Below are positions 30,470-39,175 of a stretch of 64,000 nt of DNA, one piece after another (position 1 is the stretch's first letter; every line of letters begins with the position of its first letter). The DNA is from Bacteroidota bacterium (GTDB lineage: Bacteria; Bacteroidota; Bacteroidia; UKL13-3), in the NCBI GenBank assembly GCA_013298895.1, contig JAAFJM010000009.1, positions 18,619 through 82,618 of the forward strand. The letters run 5' to 3'. The notes beneath the pieces are model-generated. The model had not been told where the DNA came from and did no database searches. It was given only the letters and a program-made list of their open reading frames with translations. The position numbers were made by a program, and so were the translations under genes.

Positions 30470-30903
30470 TTTTAATGCAGATTGCTAAGTCTTTGTTAAA
30501 GTTAAACCAAACCAACAAGTTAATGCAAAGAAGTTGTTTACGGTATGAATAGATGGCTAGTGTTCAGCCTTTGGCTGCAATGAATTTCCATAATGAGGTT
30601 TAATTAAACATATTTACTTAAAGCAATAATCATGATTGGAAAGCTAAGAAATTTAAAACAGTAAAAAAATGTGTAAAAATTAGATTAAGTCCACGTATTT
30701 TTGAATTATTAACCAATTTACAAGAAAAGATTAAATTTTGAAAATTAGGAACTTGTTTATTATAATTACAAATAAACTTTTAAAACAATCAACTATTATT
30801 ATTATTAGTCAATTATTTATGAATAATTTTAAAAAATAATTTTGAAAATGACTCAGTTCTTTCCAAACAAATTATAGTAATCAAAAGCAATAAATAAATT
30901 AAT

Positions 30904-31335
30904 TTGTACTTTACATTGACAAATAGAAAAATGAAATACATAAATATAATAACCATTTTATTCTTGTTTTCTTGTTCATCAAGCAATCAAAATGAGGTAA
31001 AAGCAATACTTGATACCAAACTAAAAAACTGCGATAAAGTTATCATTGAGGCTTATCAAAACAGAGATACTTTTACTACTTTTACACAAGATAAAAGTAC
31101 TATAATTACTTTTAAAGAATTAATGAATGGCCGTCAAGATAAGAAGTTAGGCTGTACACCAAAAGGCAGTTTAATTTTTATGCAAAACGATTCAGTTTTA
31201 TTCAAAGCCACCACTTCAAGTAATTGTACACAATACGTATTAAATGGTAAAACATATCAAACGCGCATGACTCTTAGAGCTGGCTTATTAATTGAAGAGG
31301 TTACAGAACGATTAATTAAAGAAAGAAAAAAATGA
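30904..31335 (+). CDS. Hypothetical lipoprotein
   Basis: Lipobox ILFLFSC. True start is probably ATG at 30931. Confidence 0.7.
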   Translation: MYFTLTNRKMKYINIITILFLFSCSSSNQNEVKAILDTKLKNCDKVIIEAYQNRDTFTTFTQDKSTIITFKELMNGRQDKKLGCTPKGSLIFMQNDSVLFKATTSSNCTQYVLNGKTYQTRMTLRAGLLIEEVTERLIKERKK

Positions 31336-31676
31336 AAATTTACGGAATAAAAAACTGCGATACCATGAAAAAAGCGTTTACATGGTTAAACAATAATGGC
31401 ATTGAATACACTTTTTTGGATTATAAAAAAGAAATATTAGCAGAGGAGCAATTTAAATTTTGGCTCACAAAATTGCCTTTGGAACAAATTGTAAACAAGC
31501 AAGGAACTACTTTTAAAAAATTGACTGATGAGCAAAAAGTAGCAGTTTTAATTCCTGAAACAAGTTTTAGTATAATCATAGAAAATACTTCAGTAATCAA
31601 ACGCCCATTGATAGATATAAACAATCAGGTTTATGTTGGATTTAATGAAGCAACTTGGTCACAAATTTTTAGATAA
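31332..31676 (+). CDS. ArsC/Spx (YffB-like) family protein
   Basis: MKIYGIKNCDTMKKA, DYKK, SVIKRP and VGF. Confidence 0.9.
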   Translation: MKIYGIKNCDTMKKAFTWLNNNGIEYTFLDYKKEILAEEQFKFWLTKLPLEQIVNKQGTTFKKLTDEQKVAVLIPETSFSIIIENTSVIKRPLIDINNQVYVGFNEATWSQIFR

Positions 31677-31709
31677 TTTTTATTAATATTGTTTATAAAA
31701 TTTAACCAA

Positions 31710-31758
31710 ATAGGAACATAGAAAACATGGCATAAACTGATGTTTTCTATGTTCCTAT
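31710..31758. repeat. 18-bp perfect inverted repeat between arsC-like and alr
   Basis: ataggaacatagaaaaca (31710-31727), a 13-nt loop, then tgttttctatgttcctat (31741-31758). Confidence 0.9.
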
Positions 31759-31778
31759 GTGGTTCAAAAATCAATAAA

Positions 31779-34250
31779 ATGACTAATTATTCTATCGAAA
31801 ATATTGCCTCAATTATAAAAGGAACATTTGTTTTAAAAAGCAATGGAAACGATAAAATTGCGCATTTACTTTTTGATACAAGAAAAATAATATTTGCCGA
31901 AACAAGCTTGTTTTTTGCGCTTAAAAGCAATAAAAATAACGGACATAAATATTTGTTAGATGCTTATGAAGCTGGTATTAGAAACTTCTTAGTAAGTGAA
32001 ACAATTGATGTTGCACCATTTAAAAATGCCAATATTATTTTAGTTGAAAACACCCAATTAGCTTTACAATATTTAAGTACTCATCATCGCAATTTATTTA
32101 ATATTACAATAATTGGTATTACGGGTAGCAATGGAAAAACCATTGTGAAAGAATGGTTGTTTCAATTATTTGCCAACCAATTAAATGTTTGTAAAAATCC
32201 TAAAAGCTACAACTCACAAGTTGGTGTTCCATTGAGCGTTTGGCAATTAAATAACCAACATCAATTAGGAATTTTTGAAGCGGGAATTTCGGAACCAAAC
32301 GAGATGCAAACACTTGCTCAAATAATCAATCCAACTATTGGTTTGTTTAATTATTTAGGAAATGCACACAGCGAAGGTTTTACCAATGATGAAGAAAAAT
32401 TAAGCGAAAAATTACAGTTATTTACTCATGTAAAACAATTGGTTTTTTGTGTTGATCAACCTTTGGTAAATGATGCTATTCAAAGCTTTGCAAATCATCA
32501 TCACACCAATTTATTTTCATGGAGTAAAGCAGGCAATGATGCTCATTTTCAGTTTGAGGTAAATGAGCAAATTCATGTTACCGAAATTAACTATAAGCAA
32601 CATAAAATAATTATTCCGTTTACCGATGAGGCAAGTATTTGGAATGCTTGTAGCTGTTTGGCTTTGGTGTTAATGGTGCATGAATTGCAATTGTTTCCAC
32701 TGAATTTAGATACGGTTTTAGCTGAATTTAAAAACCTACAAGCGGTTGAAATGCGCTTGCAATTAAAGGAAGCCAATAATAATTGCATCGTAATAAACGA
32801 TAGTTATAGCAACGATATTGATAGTTTAAAAATTGCTCTGAATTTTTTATTACATCAAGGAAATGGATTAAACAAAACCCTTATTTTATCTGATATTTTT
32901 CAAAGCGGTTTAATTGATTTAGCATTGTGCGAACAGGTTAACGAATTGATAAAAGTAAACCAAATAAGTAAGTTCATAAGTATTGGAAATATGTTTGAAA
33001 AGCATAAAGACTTATTTCAAGTAAACACTCAATTTTATAATAACACCCAAGATTTTATTGATGCTTTCAGCAGTTTAACCTTTGAAAATGAAATTATTCT
33101 TTTAAAAGGTGCAAGGCAATTTGAGTTTGAAAAAATAAATGCTTTGCTCGAAAAACGTGTGCATGAAACTGTATTTGAAATCAACTTAAACGCACTGACC
33201 AATAACTTTAACGTGTACCGTAAATTGGTAGAACCAAAAACCAAAATTATGGCCATGGTTAAAGCTTTTAGTTACGGAACAGGTAGTTATGAAATTGCCA
33301 AAACATTGGCATTTAATCAAGTGGATTATTTTGCAGTGGCATACGCAGATGAGGGGGTGGTGCTGCGCAAAGCAGGAATTAAAACACCCATTATGGTAAT
33401 GAATCCTGAAAAATCGAGCTTTGATTTGATTGTAAAATATAACTTAGAACCAGCCATTTATAATTTAAGTATTTTAAATGATTTAATAAAGGCCATAAAT
33501 GGACAAGAAATAGGTATTCATATTGAGTTAGATTCAGGCATGAAACGATTGGGTTTTGATGAACCTCAATTGCAAGATTTATTAAACACTTTAGCTCAAA
33601 ATAATCATATTCAAATAAAAAGTATTCTATCGCATTTGGCAGCAAGCGAAGCGCATGAACACGATGCTTTTACACAAAACCAAATAGCTAAGTTTGATGC
33701 ATTTTCGCAAAAAATAACAAATGCGTTTCCTTATAAAATTTTAAGACATATTTTAAATAGCAGCGGAATTGTGAGGTTTAAAAATGCACAATTTGATATG
33801 GTTCGTTTGGGGATTGGTTTATATGGAATTGATCCTGCTTTAGAAGTTCAAAAACAACTCCAAGCCATCGGAAGTTTAAAAACGGTGATTTCACAAATTA
33901 GAAATATAAGTGTAGATGAAAGCATTGGTTATGGACGAAGAGGCACGGTAAATAAGCCTTCACGAATTGCGATAGTTGCCATTGGTTATGCCGATGGATT
34001 GGATAGAAAGTTGAGTAATGGAAATGGTTACATGCTGGTAAATGGCAAAAAAGCGCCCATTATTGGTAGCATTTGTATGGATATGACCATGATAGATGTA
34101 ACTGAAATTAATTGCCAAGAAGGCGATGAAGTAATAGTGTTTGGTGGCGAGTTAGGCATTGAAGTTTTAGCTGAAAAACTAGGAACCATTCCTTACGAAA
34201 TATTGACTTCTATTTCTCAACGTGTAAAACGTGTGTATTACGCTGAATAA
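31779..34250 (+). CDS. alr: Bifunctional MurF-like ligase / alanine racemase
   Basis: N-terminal Mur ligase (ITGSNGKT, SYNSQVG, NDSY) fused to Alr (MVKAFSYG, SGMKRLG, GYADG, ICMDM, YEILT). The track start at 31740 lies in the inverted repeat, so ATG 31779 was used. Confidence 0.95.
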   Translation: MTNYSIENIASIIKGTFVLKSNGNDKIAHLLFDTRKIIFAETSLFFALKSNKNNGHKYLLDAYEAGIRNFLVSETIDVAPFKNANIILVENTQLALQYLSTHHRNLFNITIIGITGSNGKTIVKEWLFQLFANQLNVCKNPKSYNSQVGVPLSVWQLNNQHQLGIFEAGISEPNEMQTLAQIINPTIGLFNYLGNAHSEGFTNDEEKLSEKLQLFTHVKQLVFCVDQPLVNDAIQSFANHHHTNLFSWSKAGNDAHFQFEVNEQIHVTEINYKQHKIIIPFTDEASIWNACSCLALVLMVHELQLFPLNLDTVLAEFKNLQAVEMRLQLKEANNNCIVINDSYSNDIDSLKIALNFLLHQGNGLNKTLILSDIFQSGLIDLALCEQVNELIKVNQISKFISIGNMFEKHKDLFQVNTQFYNNTQDFIDAFSSLTFENEIILLKGARQFEFEKINALLEKRVHETVFEINLNALTNNFNVYRKLVEPKTKIMAMVKAFSYGTGSYEIAKTLAFNQVDYFAVAYADEGVVLRKAGIKTPIMVMNPEKSSFDLIVKYNLEPAIYNLSILNDLIKAINGQEIGIHIELDSGMKRLGFDEPQLQDLLNTLAQNNHIQIKSILSHLAASEAHEHDAFTQNQIAKFDAFSQKITNAFPYKILRHILNSSGIVRFKNAQFDMVRLGIGLYGIDPALEVQKQLQAIGSLKTVISQIRNISVDESIGYGRRGTVNKPSRIAIVAIGYADGLDRKLSNGNGYMLVNGKKAPIIGSICMDMTMIDVTEINCQEGDEVIVFGGELGIEVLAEKLGTIPYEILTSISQRVKRVYYAE

Positions 34251-34259
34251 TTTAAAACC

Positions 34260-34676
34260 ATGAATTTACCCGAAATTACTCCTCAAAATATTGCGCAGCT
34301 ACTTAATAAAGAAAACATTATTAACGAAACCATAGCGCAAATTCAAAAGGATTTTGGGATGTATAATATCAATATTCAGTTTGATGGAAATACCGAAACT
34401 GCTTACGAGCAATTAATGGATGGATTAACCTTAGAGGTAAAGCAATTATTAACCAACGATAAAAGTAAACTACAATCCATTTTATATAGAATTGACCTTT
34501 CGGAAATGGCTATCAAAAAAGCACTTCAACATACTCTAGCAAATAATAATCAAACACCAATCAGTAATAGTAACACAAACAATTTTGAGATTCAACAACA
34601 GCTAATTTCGCATGAAATTATAGTACGTGAATTGAAAAAGGTGTTAACAAGGAATTATTTTAAAAATTTAGGGTAA
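34260..34676 (+). CDS. Conserved hypothetical protein
   Basis: 138-aa ORF with QIQKDF, LYRIDLSE and RELKKV motifs. Lies 9 bp after alr. Confidence 0.7.
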   Translation: MNLPEITPQNIAQLLNKENIINETIAQIQKDFGMYNINIQFDGNTETAYEQLMDGLTLEVKQLLTNDKSKLQSILYRIDLSEMAIKKALQHTLANNNQTPISNSNTNNFEIQQQLISHEIIVRELKKVLTRNYFKNLG

Positions 34677-34677
34677 A

Positions 34678-35385
34678 ATGGGTTTAGACAGCGTTGAATT
34701 ATTGATGGAAGTAGAAGATACCTTGGGTATTGAAATTTCAAATCTAGAAGCCGAGAAAATAAATACCGTTCAAGATTTTTATGATTGTGCTTGGAAGCAT
34801 GTTTCAAATAAAAAGCTAGCCATTGAAAAATGTTATACGCAAAGTGTATTTTATAAAATAAGGCAAGCCATTGTTGAAAATGTTAAAGTAGATAAAGCAA
34901 GTATCACACCTAAAACTAAAATAGCTGACATAATTACAATTAAAAATAGAAGGCAAATTTGGCATCAATTGGAAGATAAATTGCAACTTAAATTACCACA
35001 ATTAGAGTTAAGAAACCCCTATAATTTTATATTAATTGCTTTTGGGATAACAACCATATTAGGTTCTTTTTTAGCGGAATTATTTTTAGTAAAAGTATAT
35101 AATGCTTCTACTTGGGTTTATAGTTACAGTTTAATTGGTATTGTTTTAACAACCTTATTATCAAAAGCCTTAAATCCTTTTAGAACTAATTTTGTACCAA
35201 CCGATTTTGGTGAACTTACCAAAAATGTTTACGGCAATAATTTTAAACTAATTACTGCTGAAAAAGGAATAACTAAAAATGATTTAGAAATAGTAATTAG
35301 GGAAATTCTTAGTAAAAAGTGTGGCCTTGATTTAGCCGAAATTACTTCTGAAAAAACTATAACAGGAGATTTAGGTATTAATTAA
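34678..35385 (+). CDS. Acyl-carrier-protein-like membrane protein, apparently circularly permuted
   Basis: The N-terminus resembles ACP helices II-IV, the C-terminus resembles ACP helix I plus loop, and a TM hairpin lies centrally. Confidence 0.7.
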   Translation: MGLDSVELLMEVEDTLGIEISNLEAEKINTVQDFYDCAWKHVSNKKLAIEKCYTQSVFYKIRQAIVENVKVDKASITPKTKIADIITIKNRRQIWHQLEDKLQLKLPQLELRNPYNFILIAFGITTILGSFLAELFLVKVYNASTWVYSYSLIGIVLTTLLSKALNPFRTNFVPTDFGELTKNVYGNNFKLITAEKGITKNDLEIVIREILSKKCGLDLAEITSEKTITGDLGIN

Positions 35386-35394
35386 AACTCTATA

Positions 35395-35799
35395 ATGAAT
35401 ACCATCACCATTTCTACCGATAAAAACCAATTGGATATAAACTTTATCCATGCATTTATAAGCAACACTTATTGGGCTAAAGGCAGAACTTTAGAGGAAG
35501 TCCAAACTTGTATAAACAACTCGTTAAATTTTGGCATTTATTTAAATAACCAACAAATAGGTTATGCACGTGTGGTTACCGATTATGTGGCTTTTGCTTA
35601 TTTATTGGATGTGTATATTACAGAACAACACCAAAAGCAAGGATATTCAACCCAATTAATAGAGTTTATTTTAAACTATCCTGAACTTAAAAGCATAAAA
35701 GTTTGGCGTTTAGCCACTACCGATGCACATTATTTATACCAAAAATTTGGTTTTACCGCATTAAAGTCGCCCGAAAAAATGATGGAACGAATAGTTTAA
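35395..35799 (+). CDS. GNAT N-acetyltransferase
   Basis: ISTDK, YWAKGRT, GYARVVTD, LLDVYI, QKQGYS and YQKFGF. Confidence 0.92.
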   Translation: MNTITISTDKNQLDINFIHAFISNTYWAKGRTLEEVQTCINNSLNFGIYLNNQQIGYARVVTDYVAFAYLLDVYITEQHQKQGYSTQLIEFILNYPELKSIKVWRLATTDAHYLYQKFGFTALKSPEKMMERIV

Positions 35800-35889
35800 C
35801 GAACATCATTTTCCATTTAAAATAATTCATACCATTAATTTGGTGTAAGTTTATATTTTCGTTCCTTTAAAAATTTGTAAAAAATTTAT

Positions 35890-37941
35890 ATGAAAATTAA
35901 ACATTACTTATTGTTAACATCGGCAGTTTGTGCCCTCACTACCTCGGCTCAAGATGGTAAAAAGGCTAAAAAAAGTGCTAAAAAACCAGCAATTGACAAG
36001 GCGTCAATGGATTTAAGCGTAAAGCCAAATCAAAATTTTTACCAATATGCAAATGGAACTTGGCTTAAAAATAATCCTGTTCCTAGTACCGAAAGCAGAT
36101 GGGGTAATTTTAATATTGTAGCTGAGCGTAACAACGATATTTTACGTGGCATTTTAGAAAACTTAGCTAAAACAACTCACACTCCAGGTTCAATTGAAGA
36201 TAAAATTGCAACCTTTTATAAATTATATGTTGATACCAATAAACGTAAATATGATGGATTAAAGTCAGCTATACCTTTTTTAGATAAAATAAATACAATA
36301 TCAGGTGGCAAACAAATGTTTGATGTTATTGCAGATATGCACAGAAAAGGTATTTCAACTTTATTTAGATTTAGTATTTCACAGGATGCAAAAAATAGTA
36401 AAGTATACATTCCATATTTATCTCAAGGTGGTCTTGGTTTACCCGATAAAGATTTTTATTTTAAAACAGATGAAAAATCGAAGAAAATAAGAGTTGAATA
36501 TAAAAAATACATTTCGTTAGTTTTAGAAAATTATGGAAGTGATAAAGATAAACAAATACGAAATGCCGAAACCATTTTTAAAATAGAGAGTGATTTGGCT
36601 AGTGGATCTATGTCCAGATTAGAACGAAGAGATCCAGAAAAGCAATACAATAAATTTGCAAGTGATTATTTAGAAAATGAATATCCTAATTTACCATTAA
36701 AAAATTACATAACAAGAACAGGTGTAATTCCGTTTAGTGAAATTTTAATTAGTCAACCAAACTTTTTTGCCAATTTAAATACCATTTTAAACAAATACAC
36801 AATAGAAGATTGGAAGGTATATTTATCTTGGACTTTTATGAACAATACCATTTCATTACTAACTCCTGATTTGGAGAAATTACAATTTAGTTTTTATGCA
36901 ACTGTTTTAAGTGGAACAAAAGAACAAAAACCTTTGTGGAAAAAAGCCATTTCAGCTTGTAATGGTGGTGTAGGTGAAATGCTAGGACAATTATTTGTAA
37001 AACAAACATTCAGCCCAAATGCAAAAAAACAAGTCAATACTATGGTTTCTAATATTTCTAATGCTTTTGAAGAGCGACTAAGTAAGTTACAGTGGATGAG
37101 CGATGAAACGAAAGAAAAAGCTAAAATTAAACTTTCAAGCATTTCTCGTAAATTTGGGTACACAGATAAATGGACTGATTATACTACTTTAAATATCACC
37201 AATTCAAGTTATTTTGAAAATGTACTTGCTGCCAACGAATTTGATTACAATGAAATGATAAACCGTTTGGGCAAACCAATTGATAAAACACAATGGGGTA
37301 TGTTACCACAAACAGTTAATGCGTACTATAACCCAATTAATAACGAAATTGTGTTTCCCGCTGCTATTTTACAATCACCATTTTTTGATGAAAATGCCGA
37401 TGCTGCTTTAAACTATGGTGCTATTGGTGCAGTTATAGGCCATGAAATTACACATGGTTTTGATGACCAAGGAAGCAAATACGATGCAAACGGAAACTTA
37501 AATAGTTGGTGGACAGAAAACGATAGAAAACAATTTGAAACCAGAACTAATGTGTTAGTAGAACAGTTTAATAAATTTAAAGTAGGCGATAGTTTATATG
37601 TTAATGGTAAACTTACTTTAGGCGAAAACATTGCCGATTTAGGCGGTTTAAGCATAGCTTACGATGCATTTAAATTATACTTAAAGCAACATCCTGAAGA
37701 AAACGTAGTGAAAAATGGTTTTACACCTGAACAACGTTTCTTTATTGGGTTTGCACAATTATGGAAAAACAATGCAAGGCCTGAAGCTATTCGCCAGTTA
37801 ATACTAACCGACACACACTCACCAGGAGAATTCAGGGTAAAAGGCCCTTTAAGCAATATGCCTACTTTTTACGAAGCATTTAAAGTAAAAGAAGGTGACG
37901 AAATGTATATTAACGATGCTGGAAGAGCTGATATTTGGTAA
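35890..37941 (+). CDS. M13 family metalloendopeptidase
   Basis: Signal peptide, VNAYY, HEITH zinc motif, GENIAD and HSP. Confidence 0.95.
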   Translation: MKIKHYLLLTSAVCALTTSAQDGKKAKKSAKKPAIDKASMDLSVKPNQNFYQYANGTWLKNNPVPSTESRWGNFNIVAERNNDILRGILENLAKTTHTPGSIEDKIATFYKLYVDTNKRKYDGLKSAIPFLDKINTISGGKQMFDVIADMHRKGISTLFRFSISQDAKNSKVYIPYLSQGGLGLPDKDFYFKTDEKSKKIRVEYKKYISLVLENYGSDKDKQIRNAETIFKIESDLASGSMSRLERRDPEKQYNKFASDYLENEYPNLPLKNYITRTGVIPFSEILISQPNFFANLNTILNKYTIEDWKVYLSWTFMNNTISLLTPDLEKLQFSFYATVLSGTKEQKPLWKKAISACNGGVGEMLGQLFVKQTFSPNAKKQVNTMVSNISNAFEERLSKLQWMSDETKEKAKIKLSSISRKFGYTDKWTDYTTLNITNSSYFENVLAANEFDYNEMINRLGKPIDKTQWGMLPQTVNAYYNPINNEIVFPAAILQSPFFDENADAALNYGAIGAVIGHEITHGFDDQGSKYDANGNLNSWWTENDRKQFETRTNVLVEQFNKFKVGDSLYVNGKLTLGENIADLGGLSIAYDAFKLYLKQHPEENVVKNGFTPEQRFFIGFAQLWKNNARPEAIRQLILTDTHSPGEFRVKGPLSNMPTFYEAFKVKEGDEMYINDAGRADIW

Positions 37942-37966
37942 TTTAACTATTCAATAACTTAAAAAG

Positions 37967-37999
37967 AAGGTAAGATTATAAAAAATCTTACCTTTTTTT
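37967..37999. terminator. Likely bidirectional intrinsic terminator between convergent genes
   Basis: An 11-bp stem aaggtaagatt / aatcttacctt is followed by a T run and preceded by an A run. Confidence 0.8.
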
Positions 38000-38102
38000 A
38001 TGGACATTTAAGTAATATCTTCATATAGTGTTATTGGTATGAATCATTAATTATTAAAATTAATCAGTTGAAGCCCTAATAATTCTTAGGTCATTTTTTT
38101 AA

Positions 38103-38843
38103 CTAGTCACCACTATTAACTGTATCTTGAACAATCTCTTCACCATCTTCTTCACGGTCAATTGAAATTTCCTCTGGATAAGCGCTTGGGTCTATACTTC
38201 TAATTTCGTTAATAACTATGTATTGGAATGTTGAACCCGAAATATCACTATTTTCCATAATAGCCTTTAGTTCAGCCAACCTATCAGCAGTTTTGGTAAT
38301 AGCCAAAGCTCTGTTAATAAAAATGGCAGCTGCAATATCAGTTGTACCTTCACTGTAGCCTTTATCTTTAATCCAACCTTTTTCAATTCCTTTGGCTTTA
38401 CCTCTTTTACCTGCCACTTCTATCCAATCATCTTTTTTTGAAATAATGGCTATTATATCCATTTCATTAAACGATTTTTTACTGATGGTAGATAAATCAG
38501 GACGAGAATAAATATCTGATTTTTCAATTATTACCGCAGGTCTTGACTCTATTGCCACATAATCAGCCATAATCCAACCTTCTTTACCATCTAATAATTT
38601 TACCTTTAAATATTGTTTGCCTTTTTCTTCCTCTTTATCGTCTAAAAACATCAACTTTTCGCCAAGCGACACAGATGATAATACTTTTCCTTCTTTTTTA
38701 GATGGTTTATCTAATACAGGGGCTTTATCGGAAATACATACCGATGGAATTTCCTTATCGCTGCCACACGATACAAATACGGTAGAAATAAAGCCAATGG
38801 CTAAAAATAAAAATAGGTATTTCTTAATAAAATTTAAATTCAT
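38103..38843 (-). CDS. Lipoprotein with two SH3b-like domains
   Basis: Lipobox VFVSC, YLKVKLLDGKEGWI and DWIEV...KGWIK. Confidence 0.75.
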   Translation of the reverse strand: MNLNFIKKYLFLFLAIGFISTVFVSCGSDKEIPSVCISDKAPVLDKPSKKEGKVLSSVSLGEKLMFLDDKEEEKGKQYLKVKLLDGKEGWIMADYVAIESRPAVIIEKSDIYSRPDLSTISKKSFNEMDIIAIISKKDDWIEVAGKRGKAKGIEKGWIKDKGYSEGTTDIAAAIFINRALAITKTADRLAELKAIMENSDISGSTFQYIVINEIRSIDPSAYPEEISIDREEDGEEIVQDTVNSGD

Positions 38844-39005
38844 GGTTGTTTCAAAATTTTGAATCGCAATTAATGCTTTTGAAGCCTAATTATCAAATTT
38901 GATAAAAGTATAAATACAAAAAACTAAATCAAGGTTTACCTCATATTTTACTCTATTACCAACAAGCCATAAAATTATCAAAGGGTAATCTTTTACTTTG
39001 CCTGA

Positions 39006-39058
39006 GGTTGGTGTTTTTACCAACCTACTCGTTAAATCGGTCGGTGAAAACACAGACC
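39006..39058. repeat. Inverted pair of 20-bp REP-like palindromes
   Basis: ggttggtgtttttaccaacc (39006-39025) and ggtcggtgaaaacacagacc (39039-39058). The reverse complement of the second matches the first at 16/20. Confidence 0.65.
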
Positions 39059-39175
39059 ATAGGCAAGACCCAAGCAATTGGATCTTTTTTGAAACTTATT
39101 TAATTATTATTCTTTTTACCATTCTATTAATTTAAACCTATTAGTATTATTATTGTAAAACCTTAATAATATTAA

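Noticed and set aside
30541-30900. Very AT-rich stretch with a short open frame (HDWKAKKF...EKIKF)
   Set aside because: It is too short, bounded by stops and has no recognisable similarity.
31779-34250. MurF-like / alanine racemase fusion as a novelty
   Set aside because: This fusion is well known and widespread in Bacteroidota.
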